From NCBI GenBank assembly GCA_051362555.1, contig CM120641.1:32370401-32434400 (forward strand): a stretch of DNA of 64,000 nt, written 5' to 3'. How positions within the stretch are numbered: the stretch's first letter is position 1; each line of letters begins with the position of its first letter. This document shows positions 40,707 through 53,700 of this stretch, piece after piece. The translations under genes were made by a program, and so were the position numbers. Source of the stretch: Lingula anatina. Its lineage: Eukaryota > Animalia > Brachiopoda. The notes below the pieces were generated by a model. It saw only the letters and a list, made by a program, of their open reading frames with translations. It ran no database searches and was not told where the DNA came from.

Positions 40707-41451
40707 CATTCCAAAAGTTAAAAATAAATGACTCAGTAAACAATAAAGTTCTTGTAGTTAATAACTGATGGGCAGTCTGTTGGACGTTATCATTCAAGTT
40801 TGATAAATATTATGAGGAGGATATTTACATGTATTTATGTCAACATACTTATAAGTGACAGTTAGACCACACAAATTTCCATCACTCACTTTCTGGGTCA
40901 TGGGAAAGATACTGGATATACATTAATTTACATAACCACATCACAATATTTTAATATTACATAGATCCAACCAAAAAATTTCAGTTCACTTTGACTAAGA
41001 AAGAATGCAATAATAGTATTTTTCTGTAATTTTCAATCTGGCTTAACAGTGGGTGTTTTTAATCTCTAGTACGCTTATGTATTTTTCTTCAAATATGAAA
41101 GGCTTCATTCTACACTGAAATTCTGTTTTGAGGCTACTTTTCAAATTATATGACATAAAAAAGAAGTTGAACCCTTATATACTGATCCTGTAGGGCGCGT
41201 TCCCAATGAAACTATTGTTCTACATCGACTGATCCAACTCTGCGGGGTGCTGAAAGCAACCAGATTAACTGAATGACACGCCCCTTGAACTTTGTCGAAT
41301 AGAAGAGCACCCAGCTTACTGGCAGGGTTTTGAAAATGTTCAAAGGAGCATATCTTACCACATTCCAAAATAGCGGGTTGAATCCAATACACAGGGCAGC
41401 AACCCACAGGTTAGGGTCTGTGAAGTTGATCCTCAGTCCTGGGACTTCCAT
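32393..41451 (-). CDS. PEMT: Phosphatidylethanolamine N-methyltransferase, ~201 aa
   Basis: Minus-strand exons 41359-41451 ([31 protein letters not shown]), 34119-34234 ([23 protein letters not shown]), 33681-33826 (...LGVTGTFL), 33218-33329 ([29 protein letters not shown]), 32728-32802, 32393-32456 (EGPFTEAIY...TAG). The FNPLFWN, GTFLGDYFG, FPF..DNPMYWG and E.PFT..IY motifs are diagnostic. Confidence 0.97.
34472..37482 (-). mobile_element. Helentron-like HINE, family A, second copy in a PEMT intron
   Basis: Reverse-complement match to 7043-9752 including both termini, the microsatellite and the internal arrays; ~300 bp longer because its first module keeps more 159-bp units. Confidence 0.82.
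40639..40702. repeat. (TA)n microsatellite
   Basis: Pure dinucleotide run. Confidence 0.9.
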
Positions 41452-43127
41452 CTGATACAAAATAAATAAATTATGATAATAATAAATAAATAATCAATTA
41501 AAAATAAAATTGAAAATAATTAGTACATATAGAATGCTATCTCCAGAAATCTAATTCATAGGTATACTCTATTAACTCTACTCTCCACATAACCAAAACC
41601 ACTCTAACGAAAATGGACAAGACTGATATTCTTTTTTCTTTGAATAAAAATACATAAAAAGTTGTTTTTGTACAATATTTGAACCTATAAATAATCATAA
41701 TTTACAGGATTTTTTAAAATTTGTTTATTCAAAAGTTATTGTAACTGATGCATTTTTGTGATAAAGCAAACATCTGTTATCCAGCTCTACACTTATACAA
41801 ATCTTTTTAGTGATAATTTAAAACATGCAAACCTATTGAACTTCATACCTATTGAACCCAGTTATCAAGAATTGACACATTATTTATCACACATAGTAAA
41901 ACTTGGTGATGATAATGACAATTTTGTCGATACCCTTTATCTTGAAAAAAGTCAAACATTAGTAAAAATTTAAATAAAATTCAATAATTTTTTAAATCTA
42001 CAATACAGAAGATAGAACACAATGAAAAATAAATGGTCTGAATCATTTTCAGGCAAAACTGAGATTACTGTCACTAAGTGTACAAACCTTTTTAATGCCT
42101 AAAGACAAATCAGCAGTGGATGTCAATACTGAGACTATATATCAAATTTAATCCACATGAAGATTAAAACAACTTTTCCAGCACAACACTAAACAATCCT
42201 ACAGAATATTATAAGGAATATCCTTCATACATCATGGAACAGGTCTTGTATATCCCAAATTTCCCATTCATACACTCTTATCAACTATCGGAAATGATGT
42301 CAGTATATGGGGACACAAGTGTATATCTGATAATGTTATGCTGTAATGACCAGAAGCTTAGTGGGTAAAGCCATGGATGGAGAAAGTTAATCGCAAGTAC
42401 TTAACATGATAAAAATTTTCCACTGACATCTTGCTTATATAATTCTGCCCTATAAACCTTAATAGCTTGATCTGGTATAAAGTAACCTAGTTACAAGGTA
42501 ACGTCAGCCCTGCTGTCCTGGGGGTGTTTGGACACAGAACAAGGAGATGGAAGGCAACTTGTATGTGAATATACAAGTTAAGATGACTTTTTTGCACAGA
42601 TCCAGTACCTCTTTAATTTGCAATCTGTCATGGTGACCATTGGAGCTTATAATTCAACAGTCTAAAGTACTAAAAGCAGCTTACGCAGCCATAGAGCAGT
42701 AACATGTAAACCGTTACTCATTAGCCTTGGCTTAATCAATCTCTAGATCTGATTATTAATACTTTTCCAAAGTATATAAGGAAGGTGAAATGAAATCAAA
42801 ATTTCTACAACATTCATTACTTATCAGCAGTCTTAAAATTGATTTACGCTATGTCAAGCGGATGTACAAGGGGGGGGGGGGGTACATCACAACATAAATG
42901 CAACCCTTCGCACCGACCCCCTTACTGGTACCTGAACATTTTAGAATACCCATGAACACATGCGACCTTGGAAAATATTAACATTCTGTCGAATACAGAA
43001 AAGCTTTCAGACCTAACAGGCATCACACAGAGACACTACATTATGAAGATAGACTGGCCTGGGTGTGTCAATGTATCTTGAGAGTTGGTGTGGGGAAATG
43101 CATTTGATACAACGCAAAATGTATTAC

Positions 43128-43184
43128 CTTGCTGAGATCCAGCAAGGACAACTCGTCGCAACACTGCAATCTCTCGTATAGCAT
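43128..43184 (-). CDS. PEMT: Probable PEMT first exon with in-frame 19-aa N-terminal extension (MLYERLQCCDELSLLDLSK)
   Basis: ATG at 43184, 57 nt open, phase-0 donor AAG|gtaata that fits the phase-0 acceptor at 41451; lies in the CpG-rich promoter region. Confidence 0.55.
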
Positions 43185-43199
43185 TCCCTGGTCGAAACA

Positions 43200-43571
43200 A
43201 TCGCCTGTACTCTCAAACGGTCGCTTAAATTACTTCACATCCTCCGCCATAACAAAATATATCGTACTTTCTCGTACTCCGTGACTTGCTGCTGTAAGTA
43301 GAAAATTGAGAATCCAAATCAGACCGCTATTGGGATATCATTCTCTCTAAAACGCAAATAATGAGAAAATAATAATAATTTTGCAACAAAACAAGTTTTT
43401 TGTGATTCATATTCCACCAATCATTACCAAAATATTTGATTTTGACATTTGTACACATAAAGTAAGCTAATAAATTCTTAATAATAGATACACCCATTGT
43501 TGTCTAGAAACAATATGGCGATCTGCCTTACCTGCTAACACAGTTGGATTGCGTGACTAATTACAAGCAAA
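43200..43571. promoter_or_regulatory. Bidirectional promoter between PEMT (-) and MYCBPAP (+)
   Basis: Divergent first exons <400 bp apart, locally CpG-rich; YY1-like ATGGCG motifs facing outward (43245-43250 on -, 43512-43520 on +); RFX X-box-like GTTGTCTAGAAAC at 43499-43511. Confidence 0.65.
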
Positions 43572-43626
43572 ATGAGCAGCAAGCTTAACGTTAAGGCTAC
43601 TAGAAAGGAGAGGCCCAGATCATCTG
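43572..43626 (+). CDS. MYCBPAP: MYCBPAP candidate first exon 1a (MSSKLNVKATRKERPRSS)
   Basis: aaaATG, upstream in-frame TGA, 55 nt, phase-1 donor G|gtttgt; at the shared promoter. Confidence 0.75.
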
Positions 43627-44639
43627 GTTTGTACTCATTATATCCGCTCTGAACATTAATCATGAAAAAAATCTGATTCGTGTAAATTTTTCTTACAACA
43701 CCCAATTGTGTTTCACATTGTCATTGGTTACTGTCATCACCTGTCTCTTTCAATGATACTGTGCCATCGGATTTAGAGCATATATTTTTTATTGATTTGT
43801 CATGGTGCAGGCCTTGCTATTCATTAGCTTCAGTATTTTAATAATAAAACACCACTTCTCGTATGTTTGCATGGAATTACCTCTTGACTGCACAGGAAAC
43901 TCGTTGACATTTCGGTTGGGTGCCAACATTTCAGAGTGATGCGACCTAAATAAAAAAAAAGAGATCAAATATGAATTGTGATAGACTTACTATTTCCATG
44001 AACATGTAAATAAATCATGAACAGTTGATTTACAACAATGGATTATGTTAGTAAATGCAATGGATTGTGTAAAATTATATTTGTGTTTGCCGAGTGTGGT
44101 GTGTGTGTACACTGTAAAATATTACTACATGTACAGGTACACTCAGTCACTGATGGCGAGATGCACAATTTATGCACTATATAGTGGAGCTCTATATAGT
44201 GGAGGAAATTGGGTATTTTAAACTGGTAATTTGACACTTTCAAATGTTATAATTTCTTAAGTCTGCATGTTAATGTGTGTGCACGAATGATTTTTTCTGT
44301 GATAAATGAAAGAGTTGCAGTTGACTGCTCCTTGAAGTGTTGGCAGAATACCAACTTTCCTATCATTTCCTCATTATTTATTGACACCTGCTATTTTTGC
44401 TGGTCAGATGGGCCAAATTGCTGCTTATCATTTCACACACCATCTCCTTATATTGTTATGATGTACAGTATAAATATTTATACAATGCAAACCCTTGTTT
44501 GTAATTATTAATGATCTATTGTGATAGCATTTAGTTTGTTGCTGGATTGATGTCATGATTTTTATGATATTTTGATTTCAATATGGATGTATCAAATAAA
44601 AATTAATATTTAAATATTTTGTGTTTTTTATATTTATTT

Positions 44640-44725
<86 letters not shown>

Positions 44726-47700
44726 TTTAAATGAGGGATTTGCAAAAGGTAATAAATAGATGTTGCAGTTGTGATTTGACAATTTTAAGTCAATTGATTT
44801 GAAAGTTCATCAACATTGACTATTAATAATTATACAGGTACATGTAGATTTTCTCATTATGCACTAAAGGTATGAAATTGATTTTCTGTTTGATGAATAC
44901 GATGTTATGGTTATTATCAAGAATGTACATTGTATTACCATTGGTAATCAGCTTTACTAATACTAAGCCACTCTAATTGATACAGTATTTAAGCAGGTTG
45001 AGTCAATATGTGTTTCCATAACAGTTGGAAATTGTGTATTATGATGATAGTGAATGCCAATACTCACATTTGAAAACAAGATGAGTTCATTGGCTGCAAG
45101 CAGATATGGCAGTAATAGAAAAGTTGCAAGCAGGCTCACAGCTGTCAGAGCAAATAGCAGATTCACAGCCAGCAGAAACAGGAAGTCGTCTGTTGCTTCA
45201 AGTATAAGTGAGTTTTTATACTGAACTTTATATTGTAGGATATTATCCAAAGCTAAATAGAAAAAAAATCTATTCATGTGCAGGAAACCTGCATCTATGC
45301 CAACTTGAAGTTTACTTTTAAAAGTTTGCATTATGTACTCTTGTGAAGTGTGATGGTATGTTCTCCAAGCAGTCTTATAAAGATTCTCACCTTGTTTTGT
45401 TATTCCCACTGTTATTTTGTTCTTCTGTTTTGATGTCACTTATGATGCCCACTTCTCCTCCTCCGGTTTGATGTAATTCTATAATAAAAAATTTAAATTA
45501 AATGCATAAATCCATAAAAATAGTAATGGTGCTTTATGAATGATACAGGTTTTAAACCTCATTCCAGATTTAAAGCCTGTGCACCTCAAAATGCTCAAAA
45601 TGATTTGTTTCAGTCTTTTAGCATTTGTGGTACTATGAAGTAAACTGAAATTTACAGAAAGTATTATGAAGTTTTAGGGAAACAACAAATAGTCATTGGA
45701 AATGGATCTGCTCAATACTTGTGTGAGGTATTATAGGGTTTAGCATGGTTTTGTGGCTTTGTTGCAAGTGGTCAACAGGTATGCATTTGTTTGCAATTGA
45801 CCGCTGTATGACAGTGGGTATTATGGTCAGTTGCCATGAGCTTTCAGTATCTTGTATTTAGATTCTGCAACCTTAAGAATGTGAGGTGCACAGAGATTGA
45901 AACATTATTGACTTATAAGGTGTGTTATGCAATACACTCAATTATTATGTGTAATTTGATATATTTTAAATCTCCTAATAACTTAATTGAGCACTTTTTG
46001 TTTACATAAATGCTCAAAGACAGGGGTTAGGATGTGCTTCATTCCTGAAAGTACTCTTTCATATAAGATTACAATTTTTTAAATATTTAATGTAGTTCAG
46101 CAATTGAGCTGGAGGGACCTTTTTGTGATGGTATGAATATGGCAATTTAGGTGTCAACCAATCATGGTTGAAAGGCATAACTGACATAAGTAGAGACATT
46201 TAGAAGGTATATATATCAAAGGAAGCTTGGAGTGGTAGGGATAGTAATTCAAGTCGGTTCAAGTAACTGTTGAAGACAAGAAAGCCCTTAGAGATGGCTG
46301 TAGCAGTGGACAAGATCATTGACAATGTGTCAGCTTCAGCATTACCAGAAGCTAGTGTGTTAAAAATACCAGTTCAGTATAAGTTAATCCAAACTCTGCC
46401 AGGTGACACAAAGATCAAGTCCAGGTCAAAAGAACTTACGAAAATTGCCAGCAATGAAAAAGTCACTGCACAGGATAGAGTCGAGGAAAACTCACTACAC
46501 CAAACAAAACCACCAGTATTGTCAGAAGAAAATGAGAAGGTGTCATTAAAACGTCTAAAGTTTAAGAATGTGATACCACTGCTTAAGACTGCAGTAAAGT
46601 CTACTGGACCAGAAAGTAAAGGCTCGCCAGTGCTTTTGTCAGAGACAAAAATGCCATCCAAGAAGACACCAAAGGGCAGAAGACTAAAAGATTCTGTTCG
46701 CATGCTTGGTTTGTTAAGTAGGTCTCCAGTTTTGTATTGATTTAAAATTAAGAATTTTTTATACCATAGTAGAAAGTGTGTAGTATGTTGGCTAAAATGC
46801 TTTTGAGTAGGATGCATCCTAAAGATAATGTTAATGATAAGCAAACTGTAAGATATGTGTGTTCCATTAAAACAGATTAAAGGAGCACTGATGCTTGATA
46901 TCTATATTACAAAATTTCATACAATCTTTTCTATATTGATTAAAAGATTAGCGTAAGCTGATTAAATTTCATCTTTTGCTATTAACAAATGTATGCTATA
47001 ACACTTATTTCCAGATTTTCCCTAGAATTATTCAACATATTTTTTAAACATTGCATTCAACTAGAAATTTTATTTTGACATAAATAATTGGCCTTTTTCC
47101 TTTTCTAGTATTTCCCATGAATATCAGGATCATGCTAAAAAGTGTTATGTCGTCTATAGGCTTTTTTTTTAAATATATATATTATTGATTTATCATTTGC
47201 ATTCTTGACATTCAATGAAATAGGTTTAGGTACACAGGTATTGAAGGAATTATACATAAGAAATTATATGAAATGTTTGCTAAGAGTTTTTTTTTTTTCA
47301 GATTGATGTGATTAAAAGCTACAGTATTTAGAAAGTTTTTCAGATTTAAAATGTTTGACTTACCATTTTGTTGACCTGAGTGCTTATCTGAATACTATTT
47401 CACAATAGAAATACTTGAATTGATTTTGAAATTAAATTCAAAGCTCAGCAAGATGTGCTTGCAAATAGTTTACCTCTAAGATTGCGTTTTGTCCATTGTC
47501 ACATGTGTTAGGTTAAATACAAAGTAATAGAGCAGCTCAGCATTGTCTGCCATTTTAGTTCTATTTACTCTGGCAAACAGACATAACTTTGCTTTTTGGG
47601 TGCCTCTTGAATATGACAAAATTGTTAATGAAATTGAAGACTTTTTTTACCAACATGATTATTTAGGCCACAAAACTTTAAGAATTATTTTATGGTTCTT

Positions 47701-50700
47701 AGATTTATTTATGGTCATATGCAAAATGAGGACTGCAGGTGTTGTTACGTGTGTATTTAAAGATTTTTTTGTCCTAAAAAGATTAAAAATGCAATTACAA
47801 AGATGAAAAACTCCCCATTACTTGAACTGTACATCATCATGATTATGATTTGTTCTAAATGCAATTAACAAATGGTATGAATACTTTTGTTTAAATCATA
47901 ATAACTAAACATCTTTACTTAAAGCAAGTGAAATAAAGGGAAAATTGGTAAGTTTAAGGCATAAATATTTAAAATGTATTTTATTTAGGTTTCAAAGTAT
48001 GTAAGTGAAAACATGCAGCTTATATGTAAAACATAAAAACTTATGGCCTAAAATGAAAACCAAATCCTCAAGTGCGATGTATACTTTTTGATTCTTAAGT
48101 GCCTGTTTGTTAATGTAGGTCTCTAAGGATGAACAGCTTTTACTGTTATCAAACTTAAGATATAGTATTAGTTGGAGAAAGTGCAGAAAACATGAACATG
48201 TTGTTTCTGACAACTAGAGAATTTCATATTATGATGAGATGAGGATAAAACATGACAATTTCATTATATGTGTGGACACTTGGAGGACAATAGATGATAC
48301 ATGTTTTAGTAACATGTGACTAGATGTCAAGTGATATGGATTATTTACTAAACATAGGACATTGCAAAATGGAGGGCTAATAACAGGGATAGAAAAAAAA
48401 ATTTTTTGTAAAGAACTAGATATGATAGCTTCAGGGATATTGGTGGAAAGGATGTATATTTAAATTATCAGAAAATGTCTGAGGTGTCGCATCACAAGCG
48501 CAAACGGCATGCCAAGACAGCCAAATCCAGGGATGGTGTCAACAAACGAGCATTAAAGCAGCTGCATAAAACTGTGACCATTGTCACAATAATAAGTAGG
48601 TTCACTTTTTACTACACTGGCAATACAACAGATTTGATGATGTGCTTGATTTAATTGCATGAGGCATTGGATTAGTTTTAAGTATGATGGCTTTGATTTA
48701 AGCACGCGTTCATACTGACTGTACTGGTATTTCTGCATGTGTAAGTCAATCATGGATTCACTTGTACAACTTTGTCACTTTGGGCACATTCCCATAGATT
48801 TTAGATCGATCTATCCCCGTGGGGAGTCTCACTAGATTACTGTCAGATAATCTGGCTTAAATGTCCATCCCGCCTACTACAAGCTGTAAGGGGGTAATTA
48901 ACTTTTGTGCCTGCTCGGCTGACAGCTATTTAGCATGAACCACCAGGGAGCCTTTAAGTTGGATCCATCTAATCTCTGGGAATGGGATCTTTGATGTAAC
49001 TTTCTTACCTTTATGCAATACTTACACATTTCTTTTACCTCTCCTTTTCTTCAGTTTCACCTTGCTTCTTTCATACATCTATTCACTAAGTAGCTGCATG
49101 TTTCCCTAGATTTTAAAAACACAGAATTTGGTGAAATGTTTTCCATCTTTCAGTCAAGTCTGTGTTGGCAGCAGAGAGCAGGCTGTATGCAAGCTCACTT
49201 TCACCAATGAAAACTAACAATTGTCCAACAGTTTCTTATTATTTTGAGCCTTTTGTTACCTTTGTTGACATGCTTGGGATACGGGTGTCCATTGAAAGCC
49301 TTAATTTGAGGAGAAAATAATTCTTTATAGCAGCAGTGAATCATGAAATGGCATTTGTAGACTTAGATGCCATTGGTCACTATGAAAATCAAGCACTGGC
49401 GTTGCAGTCCACCAATATTACACAATCAATACATTCATTCTTTTTTCATCTGAAGAAATTTTAAAGTGGAATAATTTCAAGTGGACAATGATTTTTGTGC
49501 CCCTGCTGTTGAATAATTCCACTAGGGCAATAATGACCAGCATAGAAACAGGGCTGTGGTTGTAAGCTTTGTTGGTACAAACATTTGAACCCTGTAACCT
49601 AAAAATCAGTCACAGTTGGTTGATACAGGAAGGTTTATCAAGCTTCTTTATTTTCGTGTTCATTTATAAATGCAGGAAAAAAACAGTGGTAACAAATTCA
49701 TTGGACATTTAAAGAAAACATGTTTAATGTGGCAACCAGAGCAAAAGCACTTGGATCTGGGAAAAAAGGTACCAAATTTTGGTTAGATACAATGGCAAAA
49801 TATTTTTTGATATGATTTTTAGGTTTGATTTGCTGGATTAACGTTTATCAAGCTCAATCCTTCATGAGGAAAATTAGGATTCTACTGAATGGACATACGT
49901 TTGTTACTAGTTAGTAATTTGTATCACCTAGAAATTAAAGTCACTTTGTTTTAATTTTATATGATATACCCACAACCTTAAGTGATTAAGCCACTCGTAT
50001 ATTATGAACTGTTAGGCAAATGATAAAGTGACATATCTAAAATTATGAATGAATTTTTGATTTTATGAAATAATCACCATCAGCTTTCACAATCATAAAA
50101 CACATAAAACAGCAATAAATTATTTGATCTATCATAAGCCTTTGAAATACATTTATACATGTATGTATAATAACTACATGTATTATTTAAAATGCAGGTT
50201 TAATTATTGAAGTGTGATGTACTGTACCTTTTTCCTGGACTCCTTTCTCTGAACCTTATTTACTAGTAATATGTTTTTTAATCTTCAATCCAAAAAGATG
50301 GTTTCACGGGGCCGTAGCAATAGTCCGAAGGTTCAATAGTCCAAAGGTTCATTGGTCCGAATGTTCACTATAGAACCTTCGGACCAACGAACCCTTGATT
50401 AAAAAATCGATGAAAATGTTACCACTTTTCGGACCAATGAACCTGCGGACCAATGAACCTTCGGACTATCGAGACACCCTCGGTTTCACAGCTCTACTCT
50501 AGATTCTGGCTTAAGTTTGTAATTTATAAGGGGGTAAAGGGTGAATTTTTCATGGCATTCTTGTATTTTTAATAGCAGGAGGCAGGGTTGCACTCCAGTA
50601 ACCACATGCTGTTGTAATGAAAAAAAGATGTTAAGCTCATACATTTCTTTGAACTATTGTTATCTTATTATGTAGAGATAGTATACTTGGGTATGTAATT

Positions 50701-53700
50701 AAATGCCATTGAAAGATGGACACTTTTTTCCTATTAGTAGTAGTAATAAAATAAATAATAATGCAAGGCACACCTGACAGTGATATTTGGGACTACCAGT
50801 GGTCAGTGTTGTAAGGTACCAACACAGTGAACAACCAAAGTGGTGTGCTAGCTAATACATTTTGGGTGATTTTTGTATATTGTCATTGGAAATAAGTAAA
50901 CAGCATTTCTTTTTCCCTCTCCCCCTCCTCCTATCTTGCAAGTCTCTCTTTTGTGGGAACAATGTGTATGGTAAGGTTATCGTAAGCAATTAGTTAGGGC
51001 TACTTCCTAAATTATGTTTAGACAGGTTACCAAGGTAGCCTTTATCAGAGCTTTCTAGCGTATCTGAGGCTGTCACAAGATAAGAAATAAATGGTCCCAT
51101 AACAAAGAAAACTGTTTGATTGTGACATTTTGAAGGATAAGGTACAAGACTTTTGCTGTGTTTTGAGATCACTTCTGAAGCAGCTTTTCTAAAATGGCGC
51201 GATCACCAACGGCATCCTACGATATTTTACATGTCCATGTGAAATCTCCCAGCACCCATTCTAGTTCAAGAGGTTCTTCTCGTAAGTTAAAATCTATTAA
51301 TATTTATTAAAAGCTTGCAAAATTTGAAAATATGTATTTGGCTTAATATGCTGACATGCTAGGTAGTAGAAGACACTTAGCACTTTTTTCCTACTGAAAA
51401 AATTTATCACAAACAGATCTTATTGTTAAAAAATAATATAGGTACATGTATTCACATCATGTAAGGCTACTTTGTAATAGCTACCAATCAATGTGTATGT
51501 ATTAATTGGAATAAATATAGTATCATGCTTTGTCTGTTTTTTAAGGTTGCCAGTATCATAGGACTTGAAATGGGTAGACCTGGTCATCAGATGCTAAATT
51601 AACAACTAAAAGAGATGAGAAATTGATGTTGACCAAAAAGAGTAAAACATTTTATATATAAATTACTTGAGTAAGTCCACCCAAGTGCTTGCAGCACAAA
51701 TGTGTGTGCAAATTAGCTATTGGTTACCAGATGCCGTGTTGAAATGATATCTTAATGAATATGATAATGACTAAATGATTTTTCTCTAATTTTTTAGAAA
51801 GTCACAGCTACATGTTAATATATCAATAGGCTTATGTAGGATTGCAGAAACTGACTCGGGAAAAACTGGATCAAGAAAGCATTGATTTTCAGCTGATAAA
51901 GGTCACAGTGACAGTGTCCACATTTTTTCTTTAATCTCACTGCAATACAAAAATCAGTAGCAGCACACTAAGCAGTAAATGAGACAATACGTATGTACCT
52001 AGTTAGGTGTTATGCACTTCAGAGTATTTACAAAACTATTTAGTTAATGGACAGTGGCTTACATCATGTTGACTATTAGATTCTTAAGTAACCATATTAT
52101 ATGTTGGTTCCAAGCAACTAAGTTTTACAGAGGATTAAATGTCATAGAACTGGACAGGCATTGTTCAGCTGTGACAAGAATTGATTTGATAACAAACTTT
52201 CAACAAAACTGACATTTGAGGACACATTGATCCCACTGCTTACACACAGAATTGCTTCCTTGCATACACAGACTGCCGAATGAAAGGTACCAATTAAAGT
52301 TTAGTATGGAAATTCAGGAGAAATTGGAGAAGAAGTATAATATTTAACAGGGGTGGACAAATAGCCTTGTTGCTGGGATAAAATGTTGAGCACAACTGAA
52401 TGAGAGTGCATGTGGAAAAGAGCTCTTAAACTTACTTTCCCTGTATGACATGATATGGAATCTAGCAATCAGAAAGGCGGAGGCAGTTTTTTGACTGCTA
52501 TGAAAAAGAATAAGGTAACCAGGCAGATAGGGTTGAAGATTCTTGCTGCAGGTATGAAAACTTAGGTTTTATTTTTTTATATTGAAGGTGTATGAGATGA
52601 TGCTCTTTATAATTGGAGAAGTTGTAAAGAATTTTTGAACCCCTGTGTTACTTTTCTATGTAAGGATATTAAGAATTTTTCAAATGAAAGTAACTTAATT
52701 CATTATACTTTTATGTAAATTGAGAATCTATTTTTTCTGCTCTTTGAACAACAGTATCTATCACTTGCCTACTACCAGTTTTTTGTGACTATGCTTGAAT
52801 ACAACTTTGCCTTTGAGACAATAATGAATACTATCCATATAATTATTACCTCTGAAAGGCATTTTACAGGATATATATTTTCTCATATGTTTCCCTTTCT
52901 TGCTATTTTAACATAATTAGCCTGGCAGTTTTCTCAGTTTTTTTTACTTTGGCAATTTTTTTTTCATGAGTGTTAGTTCCTTTATCTGCCTAAAGGTGGC
53001 ACTGCATGCATAAGTATAAATGACATTTGATTGAAAGGAGGATTCTTTTATGGTATCATTGTTTGCCCAATAAATTATAGTTTAGACATAATTTTATTTT
53101 TGATATGTCTCCATAATATTGAGTCTTATTTTATGTTCTTGTAAAATCTGAAGTTATATTTTTGAACAATTCTTATGGAGATAAATTGAACAGTATGAAT
53201 AAGGCTTATATAAACAGTTTTACATAAAATTGCATTCCTCACTTACTGTTTAATCACTATGAAAAACAACTTATTTACTTTTAAACCATGGCCATGCTTT
53301 TTACTTTTTTTATATGAAATACCTCAAGTGTTAACCTCTGTTAACTCCCAAAAAGCAGCACATGTAGACCTAGAACTTGGGTTATTGTATGCCATCTTGG
53401 TGGGAAAAGTTTTAACAAATGTTAGTATTTTAAAGCCATAAAAGGTTGGCAAGTCTTCCAAGTTCCATATATAAAACTCAGGAAATAAATATCATGAAAA
53501 TTACACATAGCTGGGTGTTATTACTTACAAGGCAAAGAATATGGATGATACTTACCTTTAAGCCAACTCTTGCTGCTCAGGTATGTCTGTAAATAATTTT
53601 TATTCAGGCATTATTGAATTTCTGTTTTACACCAGTTGGGTATCTAGGGTTAATTTCCTTATATGGGTTACTTAACTGTTTACCCGTATGCTTTTGAACT

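Noticed and set aside
44963-46844. Minus-strand ORFs of 158 and 156 aa
   Set aside because: Antisense shadows of the plus-strand candidate exons 1b and 1c; no coherent splice structure or recognisable product.
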